Source: Proteromonas lacertae
Lineage: Eukaryota
Length of the DNA: 20,042 nt
Assembly: GCA_002245135.1 (NCBI GenBank)
Contig: NGBS01001187.1
Location: forward strand, 62,001-82,042
Reading direction: 5' to 3'
Positions 1-11,700 of this stretch are shown here, piece by piece (positions within the stretch are counted from its first letter, which is position 1; each line of letters begins with the position of its first letter). The notes below the pieces were generated by a model. It was given only the letters and a program-made list of their open reading frames with translations, was not told the DNA's origin and did no database searches. A program made the translations under genes and the position numbers.

Positions 1-1805
1 AACTAGATGTGGTTTTAATGATAAGATAGTATTCATTCTTACATTCTCAGTTGGTTCTGGAGGTGTGTAAATTACATGTACATGACCGTATAATACATTA
101 TTCTCAATAATTGGAATTAAAAAATTTCCTTCCTTATCCCACACATATACAAATTTTGACATGAAATTTAAATCATATCGTAAAGGCAATATAAGGAATA
201 TATTATGTGGACGAGGAAATAAAACTACTAAATATTGTAATAATTTTAATATATTTTCATCATATTCATTATTATAATTTCCACTTTCCTGTTTCTTAAA
301 TACCAATCCAGATATATCAACTACTATTGAATAGTAAGGAGGTAATGGTATATTATAATAAGGAACATCTAATTTATAGAGACGAGGTAATGATTGGTCA
401 TATTCTTGTCTTGGATATGGATTAATTGGAACATTTTTACCAAAATAATCATTTTCAGGAATATCAATAAAAGTACCATTCTCTAACCATGAGAAATACT
501 GTGATACTTCAAATGGATAAGGTCCTTTATATTTACTCACAAATTTCCATTTCTCTACTAAACCTGGTCTACCATAAAATTGCTCTTTGAATTTCATTAC
601 TGATTCTTCAGTGTAAGAATAATGTGTAAAAACTAAACCATTTAATTCAGTCTCAAAGTGTCTAAAACATTTATATCCAAATATATCCATCCATTTATCT
701 GTACCACTGATTAAATGGTTAATATGCGGAGGTGCATGTAAAGACCAAATATCGCCTTTATCATATCTCCAAGCTCTAATCCATTCATATATATTTTGAT
801 GAGTTGGTAAATCAGGTGTAATTGTAACATGATAGGGTGTAATGAAATAGTGACAGTGGAAATACATACATCTCTTATTATTATTAGGTTTGTTGAACAG
901 TTCGTAGATTGTTTCCAGCTGTTCTGTTGTCCAGATTTCATCAACATCTATTTCTATCATTACACATGGAAATTCGATTTGGTGTAACACTTTCAACATT
1001 GTTATCTTATCTTTCCACATCTGTCCATAAAGTGTTCTATGTACAAATACTTCTAATGGATTTTCTTCTTTTAATTTGTTTATATAAATACTTGTACCAT
1101 CATTTGAAATACCTTGATACATTATTGAATCATCAAATTTGTCGGTGGAATATGGTTTCTTACTGTTTGCTCTACCTGCTGCTATTCCTTCAATAATATG
1201 CCATTGGAAATAAAAGTAAGCTTCTTTGAAGATTTTTAAATGATAGGAAATAAACGGCCAACCATTTGCTACTATTGTGTATATTACTACTGGCATGTAT
1301 TGAGATTCAGGATCACTATTTAATATTGGATAAGAATTAATATATACGCATCTGGAGTGTATGTTAGTGAAATACCTAAAGTTGTCATACCCTTTTCTGC
1401 AGTAACTGATCCTTTCTTATAAGGAAATGAATAGGAAAATTGATGTACATCATTGAGTGGAACTGACAATTGTGCAATTGTAGAATGGTTTAGCTGGTCT
1501 TTTACTCTGCATAAAAATGTGTATTTTGTCAACATAGAACCTACAACCAAGTACAAACCCTATTATATGTAATAATTAGAAAGAAAAATAAATACTTTAC
1601 TAATAAGACTATCGAAGTAACTACCGACATCTTGACATGCTAGATCCATTACACCTTGAGTGATAATATTTATTGGGCTTTGTGTAATTTCAGTCTTAAC
1701 ATTTGCAATAAACATTGATCCAAATCCAGTGATGTTGGTTTGAATATTGAAAAAAATAAAATATATTCCACAAAGTATTAGGAATATCACCTGCCCACTA
1801 ATCAT
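1..1805 (-). CDS. Putative type II membrane glycosyltransferase (GT-A fold, GT2-like), 3' end outside window; exons 1805-1596, 1559-1348, 1315-<1
   Basis: Removing GT-AG introns 1560-1595 (36 nt) and 1316-1347 (32 nt) joins ORF-track pieces to a 438-codon frame that is open to position 1 and absent from the ORF track. Translation: hydrophobic N-terminus MISGQVIFLILCGIYFIFF, then WHIIEG, SNDGT, WKDKITM, DxD motif IEIDVDEIWT, FHCHYF, EWIRAWRY, HAPP, GLVFTHYSY, FKEQFYG. The start codon is a best guess. Confidence 0.75.
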
Positions 1806-2160
1806 TTTAAACTCAAAAACCCGAAAACCCAACTTTTCTTTTTCATTCTTCAACTTACATTTGCATTATAAGCATTTTTGTTATTGATATTCTAATTGTA
1901 CTACTAATGCACAACATGAATGACCAAAAATATTAACACTCTCGTTTGGTGAATATTTTTCTGAATTTGTTTCCTTTTTATCCTAATATTGTTTAACTTT
2001 ATTGCTTCTATTATCATATGATGAAAATATAATTATAAAGAATTCTTTTTCTTAATTTCATAAATATAGCTTAGTTATATATTCTATGTATTATAAACCC
2101 CCAAAAACAACAGTTAGATGAATCACCCGGAATATTTCTGAAGATGGCATAATATATAGT

Positions 2161-2670
2161 TTAACAAAGTGTATCATATGGGAATGGTTGTAAGAATAAT
2201 GGCAATTTGTTGGCTTTAACATAGTATCCATCATGTGGTCCTTTTACAATTCTCTTTACTGGTTTTAAATCTATTCAATTATAATTATTTTTCAAAATAC
2301 CTTTTGGGTCTTTTGTATCTTTATATTTTCTCTTGATTTCAGCGTTTAATTTAACACGTTTTAAGAAATCATCACGGCAGTGAGATGGTTTTACATGTTC
2401 GATTCTTACATGGATTCTCTTTTTAATAATTCGGTTTCTTACTGGTTTGTTTACTTCAACACCTACTGCATGTGGGGTTACATCAAAAATAACACCAGTA
2501 CGTCCGTGATAAATCTTATGTGGCATACCTTTATGAATATTACCTACTGCTTTGATATCAACGATGTCTCCTCTTTTGTATGTTCTGAGGTATACTTGAC
2601 TTGGTAATGCGCCATGCTTTCTAAAGTCTCTGGCGAACATATAACGAGTTCCAGATCTGTAGCCGCTCAT
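2161..2670 (-). CDS. RPL21: 60S ribosomal protein L21 (eL21); exons 2670-2301 and 2270-2161
   Basis: [38 protein letters not shown] and [13 protein letters not shown] are eL21 signatures. A 30-nt GT-AG intron at 2271-2300 restores the C-terminus [18 protein letters not shown]...PFPYDTLC*. Confidence 0.97.
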
Positions 2671-2902
2671 CTATATCAAATATAAATTATTGCATTCAAA
2701 AAATATAGAATGATGGAAGATATATTTATTGTAACTTAAATATATTTATAAGAGTGAATAAATACCTTCAAAAATATAACTTAATAGATGATGTTAATTA
2801 TAATTGATTATCAAAGAAAAAATACTCACTATACACTTTATGAATGACAAACAACTAACAACTGTTTATCGTATTTGAAAAAACTGTCGTTATATATTTG
2901 AA

Positions 2903-5900
2903 ATGTATTGTCGTTCTTGCGCTACATTGAGCCCACCACCTTCACCAACTCATATTGAAGAATATTTGTCTGTTCCAAGATCAAGTAGAGTTTATAATGT
3001 TATTCATTATCCAAAAATTACTTTGTCGTTGGTGAAGAATAAAGAGCCAAAATCTAAACCAAAGCAAGAACAGTTTTTTGAAGAAGTTGAATATCAAGAA
3101 ACTCTAAAACCTAATTTGTATTTTGTTTTTACTCACTGTTCTAAATAGAATTCATCCTTTATTTAACTATACTGTCAAAGATCCTGCTGAAAAACACTCG
3201 TATAGATTAGTCTGTTCAGTAAAACTCTCAAAAGTTTGGAATATTCCAACAAAACCACTCTCTATTAACTTATCACTCGCAGAATTTTGTGACACTATAG
3301 AATTCCAAGCATTACAGCGTGGTTGCGATCCTGATATAGTATTCAAAACAAATTATTCTACATTGTATAATTAATGTTTTTTATATATATCAAATAGTCT
3401 TGAAAAGAAGCAAACACCCTCCTATTTATCATCATTTAATAAAAAATCAAGTACAAAACGTCATTTAGATCATGTAGAAGCAATATATATGAATAAAAAA
3501 CTAGGATTATCATTACCACCAGAATTATCAGATCCAAAAACAAAATCCAAAAGATTAACACTTCGACCATTAAGAAAAAGTGATCAATCAATAGAAAATA
3601 ATTTAAAGAAGCCAAATTTAAAGAATCAAATAGCAACAAAAACACAAATAAAAAGATTAGAGACAAGAAAGAGGTATTTGTTAGGTTTATACATTTATTA
3701 TTTAAAAATTGCAAAGTTTATTAGAAAGTATTATTTTGTACCAAATAGATATGTGAGACATAAATATTGTATTGATAAAATCATTGGAGTTTATAAATCC
3801 TATAAACAAAGGACAAAAATGTGTAATAATAACAATAATAATAATAATAGTTTTTATATTAGAGCATTTAATTATTATATGAAGAAATATCATTCTTTAA
3901 CTATTCCATGTCCTTGTGGTAAGTGTTATAATAAATATATGTTATGTCCAAAATATATATCAATTAATAAAACCTTATTCAAAATCAATCACAATAGGAA
4001 TGATAAAGAGAATATAATTATAATTGTTGTTCCTTGTATATTTCCTATAACAAAGGAAATGGATTGGATTAATCAAAAGAAATATAAAATTGATAATAAT
4101 TTATCTAAAACTAAATCAATTCCATATTGGGCTATTTTTTCATCTGATTATTATAAGAGGATATTGGGATATTATAATTTTGTGAATGCTTTACATTCTT
4201 ACCATTTGATATATTATTATGCAATAATAGTGATAAATAAGTTTGTTAAAGAGTATATTATTAAGCCGAAGTATATGAGGAAGAGATATTCTGATGATAG
4301 AAAGTATGTAAGAGATAAATCTAAACAAAAGAATGAAGAAAGTGAAAGTAATAAAGAAGAAGAAAATGAATGTAATAATAATAATAATGAAGTTGAGATT
4401 AAAGAGAATGAAGTAAAAGGAGAAGAGGATAGTGATGAAAAGAGTAGTAGAAACAGTCATATTAAAAAATGCAATAAGGAAGATAAAGAGGAAGAAAATG
4501 AAAGTAATAAAAATGAAGAAGTAAAGAAAGAAGAACCTGCAAATGAATCAAATGAGAATGAGAATAATGATGAGAAACTATCATCATCATCATCTTCTTC
4601 TTCTTCTTCAGCACCACCACCACCACCACCAACAACAACAACAAAATCAACTAATGAAGAAAAAGGACAACCATCTAAACCTCCATTAATTCCATTATCT
4701 AAAGAAAAAGAAGAAAAAGAAGATGAAATGAATGAAATAGAACCATCAAAACAACAACCAAATGATTCAGAATTCTCTGAAGATTTCCAATCAACTAACA
4801 GTGAACAGATTCAACCAACTCCAAAGAATGAAGAGAATGAGAATAATTCAATAGATCAAAATCAAACAGCATTAGATCTATCTTCCAATTTTGATGATTT
4901 TGAGAAAGATACTAAGAAGGAAAGTGAAGGAAAGAATGATGATTATGATGAAGACGAGTTTTTGGATATACTAAAAGAAGAAAACATTGTAAAAGAAAAT
5001 GAAAAAAGTAGTGAAAAAGAAGAAGAAGAAAAAAATAAAAAATCTGAGGTATTTGAATCAGATAATACTTTCTCAATAAGTAATGAAAATGAAGTAAAGA
5101 AAGATGATAATGAAAAGAAAGACAATGATGATGATTTTCTATTTGATAGTAATTCCATTAATTCAAAGAAGACAGAATCTGATAATAAGAAGGATAAAAG
5201 TAGTTCAAATGAATTTGAAGAAGAAGAGATATCAAAAGAGAATAAAGATAGTGGCGAATTAGATAATACCTTCTCAATAAGTAATGATTATGAAAAGGAA
5301 GATAATGAAATAGAAAGAATGTCCGATAATTTAGTTAATAACAAAAAAGATGAAAATAATGATGATGATGAATTATCATTTGATAATGTTTCAAAGAATG
5401 AAATTCCTGTAAATAAATTGGAAGTTGAAGAATCAAAAGAGAACAAAGAAAGTAGTGAATCAAATAACACATTTTCAGCTAGTAGTGATAATATTGATAA
5501 TGTACTAACTGCAAATGATAATGTGAAAGAAGAAGAAGGTAAAAAAGATGATAAGGAAAACAGAAATGAAAAAGAAACAGAAATACTTAATGATACTTTT
5601 ATAGAAGTTGAGAAAGAAAATAATATTAATGACAAATTATCAGTTCAGAGTAATTCTAATCTTACTAAAGAGACAGATGATAATAATAACGAAATAGTTA
5701 ATGAAGAAAATGTTGAAAATGGAGAGAATGGTGAAGTAGAAAAAGAATTATCAACTAATTGTAATAATCATCTACATGAAACAAAGGAAAATATAAAAGA
5801 AAATGGTAATGAATCAGAAGATAAAGAAGAAAAAGAAAATAGTTTATCTGAAGGTTATAATGAGAATAATATTGAGAATGATGATGAGATGAATGAATGT

Positions 5901-6410
5901 GAAGATAATTTATCTGGAGAAGATGAAGAAGATGAAGAAGATGATAATGAAAGTAAAAGTGATAGTAATTCTGGTAGTTTATCTGAAACTGGTGGAAATG
6001 AAAATGTAATAGAAGAAAAAGGTGATATAGATGCATCTGGTAATGATGGGGTAGAGAAAAATGATAGTGAAAATGAAGTAGAAGTGAGTGGAGAAGAAAA
6101 CGAAAGTGGAGAAGATAATAATGATAATTCAGAAGAAGATGATTCTGAAGATAATTTATCTGAAGAAGAAAACGACAATGAATCAGAAAAAGATGAATCA
6201 GAAGATGGCTCAGAAGGAAATAAATCTAATGATGACGATAATGATAATGAAAATGATAATGATAGTTTAAATACTAATACAAACGCAACAGAAGAACCAA
6301 CAGAATATGAAGATGATGAACAATATGAATTGAATTTGTTAAAAGATGAACATGGAATTAACGAAGATGATGTAGATGAAAATGATGAAGAAAATAATAA
6401 TATTTTATAA
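2903..6410 (+). CDS. Hypothetical protein with basic N-terminal region and very long acidic (E/D/N/S) disordered tail; exons 2903-3117, 3149-3364, 3398-6410
   Basis: GT-AG introns 3118-3148 (31 nt) and 3365-3397 (33 nt) join ORFs 2903..3148, 3123..3374 and 3489..6410 in frame. Further small in-frame introns are possible. No recognisable family motif. Confidence 0.7.
5061..5486 (+). repeat. Degenerate coding tandem repeat with a 201-bp (67-aa) period
   Basis: DNTFSISN at 5061 and 5262 (gataatac[t/c]ttctcaataagtaatga) and NNTFSASS at 5463; the second and third copies are preceded by SKENK(D/E)S. Confidence 0.7.
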
Positions 6411-6644
6411 TTATTTAATGAATGTTTCTTTTCTGCTAGATAAAATATAGGAATATAAAATACATGAGTATTAGTTAATAATAGTGATGATATTACATTG
6501 CGTATGAAATATTTCATCATTTTAGTTTTAATATGAAAATATATCCTTTTCAATTAGGATATAATTTTTTCTTTTTACTGCTCAAGAAAGAAATATACTA
6601 TATTTTATTAATATTATTGTATTAATTACGACTTTAAAATTCAT

Positions 6645-7716
6645 TCATTCTATTCTTCTTCTTTTTCTTGCTTCTAACACATTAAAAGGATCTTTCATTT
6701 CACCTAACAATTTTCTTTTCTTATCATCTAAACAATCATCATCATCAACATTTATCACTTTATCACTTTCTTCTTTAGTTTTTATTCTTTTAACAACTAC
6801 AGGAGGAGGATTATCATTTAATAATCTACTTAATCTAGTTTTACTTCTTATATCTTTCAACTCTACACTTTTTTTGCCTTTCTTACCACCACCAAGAGGC
6901 TGTCTTATTTTATGAAATATTCCTCCACAACTCTCCTGATGAGATGAAAACCAAAAGTCATGCGGACCTGGAGCTCTATTCATTGATCTTTTTACTATTT
7001 TATTACACATTCCATCACATTTCCACCAAAACTGATGGCAACTATATATATACATATATAACCTTATATCATATACTTATCAAATTCTGTGAAAAATGAA
7101 TGATACACTGTGATATTTGTATTAGCACATTCATTTATCCTTTTCATATGTTTTTTAAATTCTTTTCCATGAGCTTCATGTTTTTTATCTTTTAGAGTTA
7201 AAAATAAATATGCATGGATCATTTCATGCTAAATAATCAAATCGATTTATAATCATATATACTAATAGTATGTTAATTAAATCACTTCTTGAACGAGGTT
7301 TAAGTAATGGTATGCTCAACTTCACCACACAAGACCCATCCCTGTAATAACATTTACCAGCACATCTTGTAAGCCTTTCACTCCATTTTACTTCTGTTGA
7401 TTCTAACTTACCATAAAAATAGGTATTGTTAAACTTTTTTAATAGAGCTTTAATGTTCACATTAGTATTATTTTCTTCTAAGTGTGGATCACTATAATCT
7501 TTCTTTTCGTTTTCGCATGTCAGAATTCTTCCTTCATGGATTTTTGTACCAACTCTATTGCACTTTTTTTGTGGTTTATTAAGTGTATTTGTTTTGAACT
7601 ATATGAAAATTATAAAAATGATATGTTAATACACTGAAAACTACTCCCACATCACCATTAGCAAATCCATGTATATTCTATGTAATATATATTCTTATAA
7701 ACCATCATACAGACAT
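6645..7716 (-). CDS. SPRTN: SprT-like (Spartan/DVC1 family) DNA-dependent zinc metalloprotease; 5 exons
   Basis: Introns 7678-7710, 7599-7632, 7229-7262 and 7042-7076 (33-35 nt, GT-AG) give one frame. Motifs: FNNTYFYGKL, VKWSERLTRCAGKC, KLSIPLLKPRSRSDLINILLHEMIHAYLF (HExxH), HGKEFKKHMKRIN, ITVYHSF, WWKCDGMC, VKRSMNRAPGPHDFWFSSHQESCGGIFHKI. Confidence 0.92.
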
Positions 7717-7927
7717 TACAGTTTTTTATCACTTTTTACATGTAAATTACATTTTTGTAAATTTTGTTTTTTTAAGTGAAAAAATGAAAACAATACCAAT
7801 AATACCAATAATTAATTATTCTTAAAAAAAACTCTTTTATCAGATATATTGATAGATTAAATAGATGAGCATATAATAGGTACTCAAACAATTGAATATA
7901 AATTGATTATTAAAATACTTTACACAT

Positions 7928-8149
7928 TCAATGTGTAAGAATAATAGTCAGCAAATAAAAAAGTATAAGATTTTGATATTTATATAATTCTTGACAAGAT
8001 TTACTCTCAATTTTCTTTTCAAAATCTCTCACATAATAATTCCTTACTAATACCATAAATTCACTATGATTTTCCAAATAAAACACTTTAGAAGGATATA
8101 CCAAACACAAACAGCAATATAACAAAAGGAGTAATTCTCTAATAACCAT
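7928..8149 (-). CDS. Possible small secreted or membrane protein
   Basis: 73-aa ATG ORF with a signal-peptide-like start (MVIRELLLLLYCCLCLV) and hydrophobic end. It may be a chance ORF in AT-rich DNA. Confidence 0.25.
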   Translation of the reverse strand: MVIRELLLLLYCCLCLVYPSKVFYLENHSEFMVLVRNYYVRDFEKKIESKSCQELYKYQNLILFYLLTIILTH

Positions 8150-8749
8150 TTTATCTAATCTTCATTTATTCAAGTAATATTAATTATTTTTATCATCTTA
8201 TTATCGGATTTATCTTCAACTACAAAAACTTACCTAATTACCCATCTCTACTCTTTCATTCACCAATATATATAATTCAATCAAAATACATATGCGTCAC
8301 AGGGCAATATTGAGCATAACATGTAGTATACAATATATTTTAAGAATTTCACATCCCAAACATGTTTGATGACTCATAATTTCATTTTCATTTTTTGAAT
8401 GCTGTGACAGATTTTATCAGTAGGAGTTGATAATAATGTACTTCAAAAATGGTATATTATATGTTAATGTAGTTATAGATAGAGAAAAGAAAAGTCACAT
8501 TTTCTGATTTGCTTGTAGACAAATATGTACAACATATATGTAATTAAAATAATATATAGATGAAGTATGTATTGAAAATAGTACATTTTTTTGGATGATT
8601 TTATTTAACCGTTTTTGGTGTTTATGTCGTTAAATTTTATCTGTTAGTCTAATGTTATTAAAGAAAAAGACTAAATGTGTGAATAAAAAACTCAACTATT
8701 TTACTCAGAAAACCGAAAAAAAAATCCTCAAAAAATCTAAAAATTTGCA

Positions 8750-11700
8750 ATGCAGAAATTAGTCATTGTGATTGTGTTTATTTGTATAAATAAATTTATA
8801 TTGTTTTTAAATAGGCTTATCTACTTCAACTGAACAAAATTTAAACAAAAACAGAACTGAAAATGCCTTTGTTTGTAAAGAATTTAAAGGGAAAACTACA
8901 AGTCAAACATCTACTGGTAATATAGATGCGATGAAGGATAAAAGCTTAGAAAGTAACAGCTTAGTTTGTCCAGAATTAGACATTTTGGTTAAACTTCATT
9001 ATCAGACTGCTTCTATTGAAGGGCAAATGGATAATAAAGTCATGAAAGATATAAATATTGAGCCATTTTGTTTGTATGATGGAAAAGAGAAGATTGACTT
9101 ATCAAAGTTGTTTAGATCGAAAGTTGTAGATGGTATACAATGTATGGAATTGTGTTTTAGTGAAAATGTTTATGAAATTAGAAAAAACAATCAGAGAATA
9201 AAAAGAGGCGAATTAGGTGTTTTAAGAATAGAAGTGGATAATAAAGTTATTAAGACAATAAATATGAATGAACTTGAAGATGATCAAAGTGTGAAAGTAA
9301 AGATAAGTGAAAATAGAGAGAATCAGCTTTCAGTTAGACAATTAGCAGGTGTTACGGTATTTCCAGAAATTAGTGAATGGGGATATTCAAATAATGCACA
9401 AGAGAATAGTTCCTGGAGTAATGTTCTAAATGATTGGATAACTTATACTCCTTCCTCATTTCCTGAGAAGACGACAGTTACAACTTATTATCGAACAAAA
9501 TTTACACTTCCAGATATAGCTGGCACAAATTCACCCATATTGAAAGTGAAATATTCAGATGGTTTGATAGTGTTTGTAAATGGAATAGAAATCTTCAGAA
9601 AGAATATGCCATTAGGAGAAATATCATCAGAAACTAAAGCAATCAAATCATTTTCAACATCAATAGAATCAACAATCTCAATTCCTCAATCAATAATCAA
9701 AAGTTTTGACAATTTTATTGGAATAGAAATCCACAAATCAAGTTCAAGTCTATTTTCTCAAATTGATGAGTTTTCAGCTTCAATTGAAACTGTTGATAGA
9801 GGATTACAAACTCAAACAACAAAAGATAATGTAGATGTTGTTGTAAGATCAAAAGCTGGTAATGCTCCTGTAGGATCTAGTGGTGTATTTTCTAATATGT
9901 TTTCAATAACAACAGGACATTATGGAGTTAGTTTAGATAGATTAGGAGCAGCAAAATGGTTTCCAATGAATTTCAATTTTACATTTAAGAATCATGTAGC
10001 CAAATATGTAAATCAAGTTAGACTCAGTGGATGTTCAAATAATTTTAGAACTCATCCAAAGAGTATAAAGATATATGGTTCAGTTGATAGTGAGAATATA
10101 AATTGGATATTACTTTATACAAATACAGATCTAAAATTATCAGGACAAGATTGTAGTGATATTAAAACATTTGCATTAAACAAAATAAATAAAGCATTTG
10201 AAAGTTACAGATTAGAAGTAATATCTACTAATCAATATACTACAAGGAAGTAATGAATGTGGACATTATATCCAAATGAAATTGTTTATATTAGATGAAA
10301 AACCACTTTCAATATGTCAAGCAAATGATGATTATCCTTCAAGTAATCTTGGAATGACTTCAATTGTATATTGTGGAAGTGGATATAAAGAAGTAAAATG
10401 TGGAAATAATGGTGTATGGGAAAGTGCAATAAATCATGAATGTGATAATGAATTAATTAAAAGTGAATGGCAATATACTGATTCAACTCCATCATCATCA
10501 TCTGATTGGAATAATGATTATGTGGATGGAGAAAGTGGTTGGATAAAAACATCTTCATCATTCCCTGATTTCGCATCTTCAATTAGATATTATCGAAATT
10601 ATTTCATGATAAATGATATTTCAATAAGTGGCTCATCAAAATTAAGAATTAGTTATAAAGATGGATTAATAATCTATGTGAATGGTGATGAAATCTTCAA
10701 AAGAAATTTCAATGGCAGTGATATAATACCATTTACATCTGCAACTGAAGAGACAATCTTAATTCCTTTACCTGTTCTAATGAATGGAAGAAATATAATA
10801 GGAATAGAAATTCATAAAAGTGATTCATCTGTTTCTGATCCACTAACTATTTCATTAGATTTTAATAAAATTCTATCAACAACAACAGTAACAACAACAA
10901 ATACAGTAAATGTAACAGAAATCGATTTAATATCAGCAAAAGGAAATCCACCGATCTCTTTTACCAATATGCACAAATCCTTTACATTTGCCAATGTAAA
11001 TACAGAAGCAGATCCTGATTATTGTGGTATTACATTAGAAAAAAATAGAAAAGCAGATTTTCTTCCATTTTATATAACATACAAATTCAAAGGATATAAT
11101 GCCTTTTATTTCAATGAATTTAAGATAAGTGGTTGTAGTAATAATTTCAACAATCGTCCAAAGAATATAAAAATATTAGGTGCAACTGATAAAGATCATC
11201 CAGAATGGGAAGAATTATATTCCAATACTGATTTAGGTTTGAATGGTGGTTTGTTTTGTAGTGAAATAAAAACCTTTCCATTAAGAAATATAAGAAAATC
11301 ATATGAAAGTTACAGATTGGTTGTTGTTGATGTAGCTGCATATGATATAAATCAATTTGCTCATTATATTCAATATCGATTATTCATATTAAATTCAGTT
11401 TCTCTTCCAATATGTAATAGTTATGATGGTTTTAAAAAAGCATTTGCAGGTGAATCATCAATAATTGAATGTCTGAGTGGATATAAAGAAAGAAAATGTG
11501 ATGAAAATGGAATATGGGAAAATGAAATAATTAATCATGAATGTAAAACCACAAATTTATATTTATCAACCAAACCTTATAAAGAAAATACACTTAGATT
11601 AGAAAAAGACATAAAATCTTTATCAACAATAATACCTGGATTAACATACTCTGGTAAAATATTGAGAATGAAAAGTGATGATGAATTAGAATTTATAAAA

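Noticed and set aside
711..1196. ORF-track entries 711..947 (-) and 909..1196 (+)
   Set aside because: Out-of-frame or antisense overlaps of the glycosyltransferase exon.
2380..2607. 75-aa plus-strand ORF
   Set aside because: Antisense to RPL21.
4581..4643. TCA/TCT/CCA/ACA trinucleotide runs
   Set aside because: Ordinary coding microsatellites for poly-Ser/Pro/Thr.
4191..6553. Ser/Leu/Phe-rich minus-strand ORFs (e.g. 5855..6553, 5288..5635, 4943..5158)
   Set aside because: Antisense shadows of the GAA/GAT/AAT-rich acidic coding strand.
10250..10294. Possible GT-AG intron bridging the two surface-protein ORFs
   Set aside because: Splicing gives AAA TGA (immediate stop), removes sequence conserved in the second module, and 45 nt exceeds the local intron size.
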